In this document: positions 1 to 8,785 of the stretch, one piece after another | How positions within the stretch are numbered: the first letter of the stretch is position 1 | Layout: every line of letters starts with the position of its first letter | From: an uncultured delta proteobacterium | Lineage (GTDB): Bacteria > Myxococcota_A > UBA9160 > SZUA-336 | Direction of reading: 5' to 3' | Length of the DNA: 64,000 nt | NCBI GenBank assembly: GCA_963704165.1 | Contig: CAVPHD010000001.1 | Span: 320,001-384,000, forward strand | Notes under the pieces: generated by a model | Told to the model about the DNA's origin: nothing | What the model saw: the letters and a program-made list of their open reading frames with translations, nothing else | The model's database searches: none | Translations under genes and position numbers: made by a program

Positions 1-186
1 GAGCACTTCCCAGACCTGGACGGGCTCGAGGTCGAAGAGCGCGGCGAGTTCTCGCGCACCCTCCGCGTCGATGTGGCCCTTCTCCCGCTGCAAGACATAG
101 ATCGGCGGGCAGGAGCGCGCCTCGCTTCTGCGGGTAGCGCTCGAAGAGCGACTCGATCTCGCTGCGGGTCTCGGACTTCAAGCCAC
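1..186 (-). CDS. nuoE: NADH-quinone oxidoreductase subunit E, N-terminal part (runs off the window; frameshifted)
   Basis: Manual translation LKSETRSEIESLFERYPQKRGALLPA / IYVLQREKGHIDAEGARELAALFDLEPVQVWEVL resembles a NuoE N-terminus. One extra base near 104-105. A possible GTG start overlaps the nuoA stop. Confidence 0.8.
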
Positions 187-539
187 TACTCCCAATCCAA
201 CCCGCCGCGCAGCCACTCGTACGCGAGCCCGACCGCGAGAACGGCCAGGAAGGGAGTCATCACGGCCAGCCCGTACCAGCCGAGATCCTTGAAGACGACC
301 GCCCACGGAAAGAGGAAGACCAGCTCGACGTCGAAGATGATGAACGACACGGCGACCATGTAGAACTTCACGCTGAAGCGGCGGTTCGGCGACACGAGTT
401 GGTGTTCACCGCACTCGAACGGCTCCTGCTTCTCCGCGAAGACGAGCTTCGGGCCAAGCAGGGTCGTCGCAGCGAGGAAGGTGAGCACCCCGAGGGAGCC
501 CAGCAGCGCGAAGAGCCCGAGACCGGCGTATTCCCCCAT
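186..539 (-). CDS. nuoA: NADH-quinone oxidoreductase subunit A
   Basis: KQEPFECG, FSVKFYMVAVSFIIFDVELVFLFPWA and YEWLRGGLDW motifs; 117 aa from the ATG at 539. Confidence 0.95.
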   Translation of the reverse strand: MGEYAGLGLFALLGSLGVLTFLAATTLLGPKLVFAEKQEPFECGEHQLVSPNRRFSVKFYMVAVSFIIFDVELVFLFPWAVVFKDLGWYGLAVMTPFLAVLAVGLAYEWLRGGLDWE

Positions 540-607
540 CGGACCCCTCGAAACTCCCCCGCGAATTCCCGCGAAACTGCCTGTATTTCCTGGAAAAAGG
601 CGGCGCA

Positions 608-636
608 AACGTAGAAGGCGGCCCGCGCACTGTCAA
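608..636 (-). promoter_or_regulatory. sigma70-type promoter for the nuo operon
   Basis: TTGACA-17 nt-TACGTT on the minus strand upstream of nuoA. Confidence 0.7.
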
Positions 637-665
637 CCGGCGGTAGGCGCGTCTATGCTTGCTGA

Positions 666-1685
666 ATGAGCGTCGAGAATCCGGTTCGCTGCGCGGTGCT
701 GGGTGCGGGCAGCTTCGGCACCTGCCTCGCGATCCTGCTCGCCGAGAAGGGACACCAGGTCGATCTCTGGGCCCGCGACGAACACCTGGTCGACGCGATC
801 GCGACGGGCCGACGCAACCCGCGTTACCTCACCGACTTCGCACTGCCTGATGCGATTCGCCCCACCGCGTCGCTCGAGCAGGCGCTCGACGACAAGGAGC
901 TCGTGATCTCCGTCGTGCCGAGCCACGCGGTGCGCGAGGTCTGGGGAAAGGGGTGTGAGCTCGTCCGCCCGGACGCGCTGATCGTCTCCGCGTCGAAGGG
1001 GATCGAGGTCGGATCCGGAAAGCTCGTCTCGGAGATCCTGATGGAGACGGTGCCGCGCGAGATGCACGACCGGCTCTGCTTTCTGTCGGGGCCGAGCTTC
1101 GCGAGAGAGATCGCGGAGCGAAGGCCGACGGCGGTCTCGCTGGCCGCGCGCAACGAGACCTACGCGATCGCCGCCCAGACCCTTCTCTCCTCGCCTCAGT
1201 TCCGCTGCTACACCACCAACGACGTGGTCGGAGTCGAGCTCGGGGGCGCGCTGAAGAACGTGATCGCGATCGCGGTCGGCGTCGCCGACGGTCTCGAGGC
1301 GGGACTGAACTCGCGGGCGGCGTTGATCACGCGGGGTCTGGCCGAGATCACCCGGCTCGGCGTCGAGCTCGGGGCGAATCCCGTCACCTTCCTCGGTCTC
1401 TCCGGTGTCGGCGATCTGGTGCTGACCTGCACGGGCGACCTGTCGCGAAATCGCCGCGTCGGCATCGAGATCGGGCGGGGCAAGACCGTCGACGAGGTGC
1501 TCGGCGGGCTCACCCAGGTCGCCGAGGGCGTGCGCACCGCGAAGTCCGCCTGGGAGCTCGCGCAGAAACTCGGCGTGGACATGCCGATCACGACGGGCGT
1601 CTACCTGATGCTCTTCGAGGGAAAGAACCCCGTCGAAGCGGGGATCGAGCTTCGCTCGCGCCAGCTGAAGAGCGAGTACGAGTAG
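666..1685 (+). CDS. gpsA: NAD(P)H-dependent glycerol-3-phosphate dehydrogenase
   Basis: GAGSFGT Rossmann motif, SKGIE, LSGPSFA, GGALKNVIAIA, GDLVLTCTGDLSRNR. Confidence 0.96.
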   Translation: MSVENPVRCAVLGAGSFGTCLAILLAEKGHQVDLWARDEHLVDAIATGRRNPRYLTDFALPDAIRPTASLEQALDDKELVISVVPSHAVREVWGKGCELVRPDALIVSASKGIEVGSGKLVSEILMETVPREMHDRLCFLSGPSFAREIAERRPTAVSLAARNETYAIAAQTLLSSPQFRCYTTNDVVGVELGGALKNVIAIAVGVADGLEAGLNSRAALITRGLAEITRLGVELGANPVTFLGLSGVGDLVLTCTGDLSRNRRVGIEIGRGKTVDEVLGGLTQVAEGVRTAKSAWELAQKLGVDMPITTGVYLMLFEGKNPVEAGIELRSRQLKSEYE

Positions 1686-1690
1686 CTCGG

Positions 1691-2560
1691 ATGAGGACCT
1701 TGCCGCTGCGGATCTGCCTCGGTCTTCTCGTCGTCTGCGCGCTCGCCGGCTGCGGCCCGAAGCTCGTGCGCGAGCGCGTCTACGACAAGCCGACGGTGCG
1801 CGTCGAGCTGCGTCATCAGAAGGTCGATGGAGCGCCCGTCACGCGGGGATACTCCCACCCCGCGACGATCGCGGACGTGCGCATCGCCCACATCCTGGCG
1901 AGCCTCTCCTATCAGGACAAGGACGGAGAGCGGCAGCCGTCGATCCGGTCGCAGTTCGTCTACGACCTGGGAGACGGCATCTCGGCCGCGCTCGCGAAGG
2001 CCGGGCCGGACGACGAGATCGCCGCCGCCGTCTTCCCCGAGGACCGCCGGCTCGGGATCTTCACCGAGTCCCGCGTCACGGCGTTTCGGCTCTTCGTGCT
2101 GGGGGACGAGATGCGGATCGAGTTCTTCTCGATCGAAGCGCCACTCGAACGCGACTCCGGGCGATCCGCCACGCGCGGCTACGAGATCCCGACGGCTCTG
2201 CCGAGCCTCGCCCCCGGGTTCAAGCTCGTCGCGGGAGAGGCGCAGCGACGAGCCGGGCCGCGAAGCCTCGAGGTCGCCTGGCGCGATGCGTACTACCGCA
2301 GACCCGTCAGCCTCAGCTTCCGGGAGGGGCACGTGCGGCGCCGCACCGTACTGATGGAAATGCCGACGGAGGAGACGGCCGCGACGCCCGGCGAGACGCC
2401 GCTCCCGCCCGGTCTTTCCGATGCGCAGATCCGCGCGCTCGACGAGCTCGACGCCAGCCGCCGGAACGGACTCGTGACGGAGTCCGAGTACCAGCGTCGC
2501 CGCAAGCTCGTGCTCGAAAACCAGCTCGACGACGCCGGCTACGGCACGGGACCGCGATGA
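1691..2560 (+). CDS. Lipoprotein with probable C-terminal SHOCT domain
   Basis: Lipobox LAGC; C-terminal LDELDASRRNGLVTESEYQRRRKLVL is SHOCT-like. Confidence 0.7.
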   Translation: MRTLPLRICLGLLVVCALAGCGPKLVRERVYDKPTVRVELRHQKVDGAPVTRGYSHPATIADVRIAHILASLSYQDKDGERQPSIRSQFVYDLGDGISAALAKAGPDDEIAAAVFPEDRRLGIFTESRVTAFRLFVLGDEMRIEFFSIEAPLERDSGRSATRGYEIPTALPSLAPGFKLVAGEAQRRAGPRSLEVAWRDAYYRRPVSLSFREGHVRRRTVLMEMPTEETAATPGETPLPPGLSDAQIRALDELDASRRNGLVTESEYQRRRKLVLENQLDDAGYGTGPR

Positions 2561-3489
2561 GCGTGCTGCGCGTGCACATCGACACCGATCCCGGGCTCGA
2601 CGACCTGCTCGCGCTCGCGTTCGCCCTCGCCTCTCCCGAGCTCTCGGTCGAGGGCATCACCACGGTGGCCGGGAACGCGTCGCTCGCAACCGTGACCGAG
2701 AACGCGCTCCGCTTCGTCACGCTCGCCGGCGCCGCGATCCCGGTCGGCATCGGCGCCGACGGTCCGCTCGCGCTCTCCCGCGTGGATGCCGCGAGCTATC
2801 ACGGCGCGGATGGGCGGCGCGGCGTGCCGATCGCGGATCCATCGACGGCTCCGTTGACCTCCGCGCGGGAGCTGATGAAGCAGAACCTCGCAGAGCACCG
2901 AGTCGAGCGCGTGATCGCGCTCGGACCACTCACGAACGTCGCGTCACTCGTCCGAGAGGAGCCCGGGCTCTTCGCGGACACGGAAGTGGTGTGGATGGGC
3001 GGGACGCTCGGCCGGGGAAACGTGACGCGCGTCGCCGAGTTCAACTCGTTCGCGGATCCCCACGCGGTCCGCGTCGTGCTCGAATCAGGGGTTCGGCTGC
3101 GCGTGATCGGTCTCGAGGTGACCGAACGCGTCGCGCTTCGCGGCAGGGACCTGCCGAGCGACGGCTTCGGATCGACGCCGCGCGCGCGCACGGTCGAGGG
3201 AGCGCTTCGCGCGCTACTCCGCGCCGAGCAGGCGTTCTCGGGCGACGAGGCCGCGTACCTGCACGACCCCTGCGCGGTCGCCGCGGCGTTCGCGCCCGAA
3301 CTCTTCGATTTCTCGGAGACACGGCTTCGCGCGTTCGATGCGGAGGGCTCCGAACGAGGGAGGATCTGCGTCGACGACTCCGCGCGGCACGAGATCCACT
3401 ACGCGCTGGGCGCGCGCGAGCCCGCGCTCGTCTCGCTCTTCCTCGAGCGCGTCACGAAGTGGGCCGGCGAATCGGCGAGCGCGTCATGA
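2557..3489 (+). CDS. Inosine/uridine-preferring nucleoside hydrolase
   Basis: DTDPGLDD, TTVAGN, LGPLTN, AEFNSFADP, LHDP motifs. Confidence 0.92.
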   Translation: MSVLRVHIDTDPGLDDLLALAFALASPELSVEGITTVAGNASLATVTENALRFVTLAGAAIPVGIGADGPLALSRVDAASYHGADGRRGVPIADPSTAPLTSARELMKQNLAEHRVERVIALGPLTNVASLVREEPGLFADTEVVWMGGTLGRGNVTRVAEFNSFADPHAVRVVLESGVRLRVIGLEVTERVALRGRDLPSDGFGSTPRARTVEGALRALLRAEQAFSGDEAAYLHDPCAVAAAFAPELFDFSETRLRAFDAEGSERGRICVDDSARHEIHYALGAREPALVSLFLERVTKWAGESASAS

Positions 3490-3505
3490 ACGAGCGGGAT
3501 CTGCG

Positions 3506-4429
3506 TTGAGCGAGCGCTTCGACTTCCACACGCACACCCGGGCCTCGGACGGAGATCTGACACCGACGGAGCTGGTGCGCGCGGCCGCAGAGAATCGCGT
3601 GACGGCCTTCGCGCTCACCGACCACGACACGACGGATGGAATTGCCGAGGCGCAGCAGGAAGGACGGCGACTCGGAATCGAGGTGATCGCCGGAATCGAG
3701 CTCTCGGTGAACGATTCGGACGGCACGCGCTCGCTGCACGTGCTCGGACTCGGCATCTCGCCCGGGAATCCCCGCCTGCGCGCGCGGCTCGAGGTCGCGC
3801 GCCACGCACGGATCGGCCGGGCCGAGCGGATGGTCGCCCGGCTGCAAGCGCTCGGCATCGAGATCGGGCTCGAACGCGTCACAGAGATTGCCGCGGGCGG
3901 CTCGGTCGGCCGGCCGCACATCGCGCGCGCGCTCGTCGAGATCGGCGCCTGCAGCGACGCCGACGACGCGTTCGTGAAGTACCTGCGGCGCGGGCGTCCC
4001 GCCTATGAACCGTACGACACGCTGTCCGCGGCCGACGCGATCGCGCTGGTGCACGACGCGGGTGGCGTCGCCGTGCTCGCGCACCCGCCGCTCTCGGGCG
4101 GCGTGGACCGACCCGGCGGAATCGAAGCCTTCGTCGAGCGTCTGCTGCCCGACGGACTCGACGGCCTCGAGATCTGGCACCCCGGACACCGGCCGAACCA
4201 GATCCGGCGCCTCCGCCGGCTGGCGCGCGAACACCACCTGATCGAGACGGGCGGGAGCGACTTCCACGGCGAAGAGCGCCCGGACATCGAGATAGGTCGG
4301 GGACGTGCCGGCGGTCTGCGCATCGGTCGCCCCATTTACGATGCCCTGATCGACCGACTCTCCGCTCGAAGCGGCGACGCCGAATTGACCCTCTCCGGAG
4401 CCGAGAGTAACCTCGGCCGCCCCTCATGA
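3506..4429 (+). CDS. PHP-domain metallophosphoesterase (TrpH/YciV-like)
   Basis: DFHTHTRASDG, LTDHDT, GIELS, GRPHIA, LAHP, GGSDFHG; probable TTG start at 3506. Confidence 0.9.
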   Translation: MSERFDFHTHTRASDGDLTPTELVRAAAENRVTAFALTDHDTTDGIAEAQQEGRRLGIEVIAGIELSVNDSDGTRSLHVLGLGISPGNPRLRARLEVARHARIGRAERMVARLQALGIEIGLERVTEIAAGGSVGRPHIARALVEIGACSDADDAFVKYLRRGRPAYEPYDTLSAADAIALVHDAGGVAVLAHPPLSGGVDRPGGIEAFVERLLPDGLDGLEIWHPGHRPNQIRRLRRLAREHHLIETGGSDFHGEERPDIEIGRGRAGGLRIGRPIYDALIDRLSARSGDAELTLSGAESNLGRPS

Positions 4430-5619
4430 GCAGTGAACGCGATAAGAGCGGGCAAAGCACGCGTGCGGTCCACGCAGGTGAACGGGGTGCGCGGCCGCGG
4501 ATCTCCGATTCGATCACGACGCCGATCGTGCAGAGCGCGACCTACTGGTTCCGCGACACGCAGGAAGTGATCGCGTACCAGGAGGGCCGGCACGCGAGCT
4601 TCGAGTACGGTCGCTACGGCAACCCGACGACGCGCGCGCTCGAGGAGAAGCTCACGGGACTCGAAGGTGGTGACGATTGCGTCGTCTCCGCGTCGGGGAT
4701 GAACTCGGTCACCACGCTGCTCTTCGCGCTCATGCCGCAGAACGGTCATCTGGTCACGACCCACGACTGCTATCGGCGCACGCGTCAGTTCCTGCAGACG
4801 CTTCTGCCGAAGATGGGCATCCGCACGACGGTGGTGGACCCTTCCGACCTCGAGGGCATCGAGCGCGCGCTCGACGCGGGCGCCAGTCTGTTCTTCTCCG
4901 AGTCCCCGACGAATCCGTACCTGCGCGTCGTCGACATTCCCCGGGTCGCCGAGCTGTGCCGGAAGCGCGGCGCGATCTCGGTGATCGACTCGACGTTCGC
5001 CACGCCGATCAATCAGCAGGCGCTCGCGCTGGGAGTGGACCTGGTCTTGCACTCTGCGACGAAGTACCTCGGCGGGCACAACGACGTGCTCGGAGGAGCG
5101 CTCGTCGGGCGGCGCGATCTGATCCGGTCGATCCGAGACCTGCACGGCGTGCTCGGCGGCGTGATGGACCCGCACACTGCTTATCTGATCCTGCGTGGCG
5201 TCAAGACATTGGCGCTTCGGGTCGAGCGTGCGAATCGCACCGCCGAGACGATCGCGCGCTATCTCGAACAACACCGTCGGATCGAGCGCGTCCACTACCC
5301 GGGTCTCGAGAGTCACCGCGATCACGAAGTCGCGAAGCGCCTGATGAAGGGCTTCGGGGGTGTGGTCAGCTTCGAGGTTCGCGGATCGCTCGAGACCGCG
5401 TCGAAGTTCATCGACGCGCTCCGCATCCCGTACATCGCGCCGAGCCTCGGCGGAGTCGAGTCGCTCGTCGAGCAGCCGACGGTGGTGTCGTACTGGGACA
5501 AGACCCCGGACGAGCGCGCGGCGCTCGGCATCCGCGACAACCTCGTGCGTTACTCCTGCGGCGTCGAAGACACCGACGACCTGGTCCGGGACATCGAGCA
5601 AGCGCTCGATCGGGCGTAG
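4426..5619 (+). CDS. metB: Cystathionine gamma-synthase (Cys/Met PLP-dependent family)
   Basis: YGRYGNPT, ESPTNP, DSTFATP, SATKYLGGHNDV, SLGGVESL. Confidence 0.85.
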   Translation: MSSERDKSGQSTRAVHAGERGARPRISDSITTPIVQSATYWFRDTQEVIAYQEGRHASFEYGRYGNPTTRALEEKLTGLEGGDDCVVSASGMNSVTTLLFALMPQNGHLVTTHDCYRRTRQFLQTLLPKMGIRTTVVDPSDLEGIERALDAGASLFFSESPTNPYLRVVDIPRVAELCRKRGAISVIDSTFATPINQQALALGVDLVLHSATKYLGGHNDVLGGALVGRRDLIRSIRDLHGVLGGVMDPHTAYLILRGVKTLALRVERANRTAETIARYLEQHRRIERVHYPGLESHRDHEVAKRLMKGFGGVVSFEVRGSLETASKFIDALRIPYIAPSLGGVESLVEQPTVVSYWDKTPDERAALGIRDNLVRYSCGVEDTDDLVRDIEQALDRA

Positions 5620-5623
5620 CCAG

Positions 5624-6145
5624 CTAGATCAGCAATCCGGTCGAAGCGCGCTCGAGCGCGAGCAGCCGACGTTTCGCGTCGAGGCCGCCCGAGAATCCAC
5701 CGAGCCGTCCCTGAGCGGCGATGACGCGGTGACAAGGGATCACGATCGGCACCGGGTTGTTGCCCGTCGCCGTTCCCGCGGCACGGACCGCGCGCGGTCG
5801 GCCGGCTCCGTTCGCGATCCCTCCGTAGGTGCGCGTCTCGCCGTAGGGGATCGCCGCGATCTCGCGCCAGACCGCGAGCTGGAAGTCGGTGCCGCGCAGT
5901 TCGAGCGGGACCGAGAACTCGCGACGTCGTCCGGCGAAGTACTCGGCGAGTTCCTGCGAGAGCTTGTCGACGAGGGGAAGCCAGGGAACACGCTCGCAAT
6001 CGGAGAACGTGTTCCGCAGCCAACCGGCGAAGCCGGGTCCGCTCGAGCGCGGCAATCCGATCCGCGCGACGCCGCTCTCGGTTACGGCGAGACGCAGGCT
6101 GCCGATCGGCGTCTCGACCACGGCGGTCGCGAGCTTCACCCCCAT
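5624..6145 (-). CDS. ogt: Methylated-DNA-protein-cysteine methyltransferase
   Basis: GTDFQLAVW, IPYGETRTY, active-site IPCHRV. Confidence 0.93.
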   Translation of the reverse strand: MGVKLATAVVETPIGSLRLAVTESGVARIGLPRSSGPGFAGWLRNTFSDCERVPWLPLVDKLSQELAEYFAGRRREFSVPLELRGTDFQLAVWREIAAIPYGETRTYGGIANGAGRPRAVRAAGTATGNNPVPIVIPCHRVIAAQGRLGGFSGGLDAKRRLLALERASTGLLI

Positions 6146-6208
6146 CGTCGTCGAGCCTACCACCATCCACTCGCGTCGGGCACGAAGTTTCAGCGCCCAG
6201 AAACAGGC

Positions 6209-6236
6209 CTGGGGGGCAGCGCGAGCTGCCCCCCAG
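6209..6236 (-). terminator. GC-rich hairpin, probable terminator of the basic-protein gene
   Basis: Perfect 12-bp stem CTGGGGGGCAGC/GCTGCCCCCCAG with a 4-nt loop, 37 nt after the stop at 6274; weak U-tract. Confidence 0.6.
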
Positions 6237-6273
6237 CCATTACGTCCAACCTCTGAACCGAGAATCGAGAACG

Positions 6274-6654
6274 CTAGCCGCGGCGGCGCGTCGTGCGACC
6301 CGTCTTCTTGCGGGCCGTTGCCCCGCGACGTGTCGCCTTCTTCGCGCGTGCCGTCGTCTTGCGCGCCGTGCTCCGTCGCCGAGGAGCGGCGCGTCGCGCG
6401 GTCTTCTTGCGGCGACCGGCTCCGCCTCGCCGCGCCATCTTCGTGCGGCAGACGTCGCCCTTCTTGTCGATGAAGTAGAGGAAGCCGTCCTCTCGCTTCA
6501 CTCCGGCCTTGGCGACCTTCTGCGGCTTGTTGCGCGCCTGACGTCCGCCGCCACGTGCCATCGCAACACGAGAAACATCGCCCTGCTTGTCGAGATAGTA
6601 GAGATAGCCGGATTCACGCTTGACTCCGACCGTTGCCACTTTACTTGCTGCCAT
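6274..6654 (-). CDS. Small, very basic protein with two tandem ~30-aa repeats and a Lys/Arg-rich tail (putative nucleoid-associated protein)
   Basis: KVATVGVKRESGYLYYLDKQGDVSRVAMARGG / KVAKAGVKREDGFLYFIDKKGDVCRTKMARRGG, then a histone H1-like tail; GGGGGA RBS. Confidence 0.8.
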   Translation of the reverse strand: MAASKVATVGVKRESGYLYYLDKQGDVSRVAMARGGGRQARNKPQKVAKAGVKREDGFLYFIDKKGDVCRTKMARRGGAGRRKKTARRAAPRRRSTARKTTARAKKATRRGATARKKTGRTTRRRG

Positions 6655-6690
6655 CGTTCCCCCCACACGTTCCGGTTACGGAACTGCGAG

Positions 6691-6720
6691 AGGTTATGGA
6701 ACGAAATCCGAGCTTGTAAA
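6691..6720 (-). promoter_or_regulatory. sigma70-like promoter of the basic-protein gene
   Basis: TTTACA-18 nt-TAACCT; the -35 lies inside an imperfect inverted repeat (6704-6739). Confidence 0.45.
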
Positions 6721-6764
6721 GGCCTGAGGCTCGGAATTTGCACATTTTCTCGTCGCTGACCGGC

Positions 6765-7739
6765 CTACACCAATCGGAGGTTCCGCCGAATTCGAGCGAG
6801 CGGCTCGTCGGTGGACGGCTGGAATTCGCGACCGGTGATGCGCTCGAACGTCTCGATGTATCGACGTGCGGCTTCGCAGCGAACATCGTCGGGCAGCGTC
6901 GGTGGCGGACCGTCTCCGCGATAGCCCTGATCGACGAGCCAGCGTCGCACGTACTCCTTGTCGAGCGACTTCGGATCCTCTCCGCGCGAGAACGCGTCGG
7001 CATAGCCGTCGGCGTACCAGTATCGGGACGAATCGGGAGTGTGGATCTCGTCGATCACGACGATCCGACCGTCGGCGTCGAGACCCATCTCGTACTTCGT
7101 ATCGACGAGGATCAGGCCGCGCGTCGATGCCCACGTCTGGCCGGCGGTGAACAGCCGCGCCGCAATGCCCGCCGCCTCGTCGTAGTGCGCGGCCGAGATC
7201 ACCCCGGAGGCGATCAGCTCCTCGCGCGACGTGAGCGCGTCGTGCTCGCCCTGTTCGGCCTTCGTCGTCGGCGTGAGAAGTGGCTCGGGCAGGCGTTGGT
7301 GCTTGCGGAGGCCGTCCGGAAGTCGATGTCCGCAGTAGAGTCGTTCCCCGGCCTCGTACGCGCGCCAGATCGACGTGCTCGAGACGCCGGTCAGGTAGCC
7401 GCGGTAGACGAACTCGACCGGCAGCGGCCGACACTCGCGAGCGATGGTGACGCACGGATCGGGCACCGAGAGGACGTGGTTGGGTGCGATCGACGCGGTC
7501 TTCTCGAACCAGAACGCCGCGATCTGATTCAGCACCTGACCCTTGAAGGGGATCGTCCCGACGACGACGTCGAAGCAGCTGATCCGATCGCTCGCGACCA
7601 GCGTCCGCCGGTCGTCGGCGACGTAGCAGTCGCGGACCTTGCCCTCGATGCGTCGCCCGAGCTCGATGAAGTCCGTACGCCCGAGGGTACGCTCACACTG
7701 ACGGCCCAGAACGATCGGGTCGATCCCCATGCGTCTCAT
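6765..7739 (-). CDS. purC: Phosphoribosylaminoimidazole-succinocarboxamide synthase
   Basis: [48 protein letters not shown]. Confidence 0.95.
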   Translation of the reverse strand: MRRMGIDPIVLGRQCERTLGRTDFIELGRRIEGKVRDCYVADDRRTLVASDRISCFDVVVGTIPFKGQVLNQIAAFWFEKTASIAPNHVLSVPDPCVTIARECRPLPVEFVYRGYLTGVSSTSIWRAYEAGERLYCGHRLPDGLRKHQRLPEPLLTPTTKAEQGEHDALTSREELIASGVISAAHYDEAAGIAARLFTAGQTWASTRGLILVDTKYEMGLDADGRIVVIDEIHTPDSSRYWYADGYADAFSRGEDPKSLDKEYVRRWLVDQGYRGDGPPPTLPDDVRCEAARRYIETFERITGREFQPSTDEPLARIRRNLRLV

Positions 7740-8686
7740 CCCCCCGGAGCGCGAACGCGCCGCTCCACCGCGTCGAGCACCAACCTCTCCAGCACCACGC
7801 CGTCGAGGCGGTTGATCTCCTGAATTCCCGTCGGGCTCGTGACGTTGACCTCGGTGAGCCAGCTTCCGATCACGTCGATGCCCGCGAAGACGATCCCGAA
7901 CTCGCGCAGCGTCGGCCCGATGCGCGCGCAGATCTCGCGGTCGCGCGCCGTCAGCGCCGACTTCACCGCCGTCCCGCCGACGTGGAAGTTCGCGCGGGTC
8001 TCCCAGTGCAAGGGTGTGCGCAGGACCGCGCCGACGGGCTCCCCTTCGACCACGATGATGCGCTTGTCGCCGTCGCGGATCTCGGGCACGTAGCGCTGCG
8101 CGATCTGGAACGTGGTTCCGTGCCGGGTGCCGAGCTCGAGAATGGCCGAGACGTTCCGATCCTCTGGAGTCAGGTGGAAGACACCCTCGCCTCCGCACCC
8201 GTCGAGCGGCTTGATCACCATCTCGCCGCCGAGCTTGCGGCGGAACTCGAGCAGCTCGGGGATGCTCCGGCTCACCAGGCTCTCGGGGCAGAGCTCGGGA
8301 AAGCGCAGGATGAAGAGCTTTTCGGTCACCTCGCGCAGGCCGCGCGGCGCGTTCACGACCCGGGTCGTCGGCGGAACGAGATCGAGCAGGTGCGTGACGA
8401 AGAAGTAGTTCAGGTCGTACGGCGGGTCCTTGCGCATCCAGACCACGTCGAACTCGCCGAGCTCACCCGAGCTCGCCGCGCCGAGCTCGAACCAGTCGCG
8501 TCCCTCGCGCACGTGGGTCTCGACCCAGCGGGCACGTGCGGCGCCACCCGGCCCGATCGACAGCTCCGCCACGCCGCAGGTGGCCACGCGATGTCCACGG
8601 CGCGAGGCCTCGCGCATGAAGGCGATGCTGGTGTCTGCATCGGGGTTCAAACCGGGCACCGGATCGACGATAAAGAGGTGCCGCAT
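7736..8686 (-). CDS. gshB: Glutathione synthetase
   Basis: [41 protein letters not shown]. Confidence 0.95.
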   Translation of the reverse strand: MRHLFIVDPVPGLNPDADTSIAFMREASRRGHRVATCGVAELSIGPGGAARARWVETHVREGRDWFELGAASSGELGEFDVVWMRKDPPYDLNYFFVTHLLDLVPPTTRVVNAPRGLREVTEKLFILRFPELCPESLVSRSIPELLEFRRKLGGEMVIKPLDGCGGEGVFHLTPEDRNVSAILELGTRHGTTFQIAQRYVPEIRDGDKRIIVVEGEPVGAVLRTPLHWETRANFHVGGTAVKSALTARDREICARIGPTLREFGIVFAGIDVIGSWLTEVNVTSPTGIQEINRLDGVVLERLVLDAVERRVRAPGG

Positions 8687-8693
8687 GTGGCGG

Positions 8694-8723
8694 ATGCTAG
8701 GGTGGTCCGTCGCGCACTGTCAA
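8694..8723 (-). promoter_or_regulatory. sigma70 promoter of gshB-purC (leaderless arrangement)
   Basis: TTGACA-18 nt-TAGCAT with the ATG 7 nt downstream. Confidence 0.65.
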
Positions 8724-8785
8724 AGGTACGAGCCCTGCGGTAGGTTCGGCCGCCGGCGCCACGGCCTGCCTGTTCGAATCGAGGA

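Noticed and set aside
624..8723. Identical 13-mer TTGACAGTGCGCG before nuoA and gshB as a shared operator
   Set aside because: Mostly the -35 consensus plus common GC-rich sequence; two copies are insufficient
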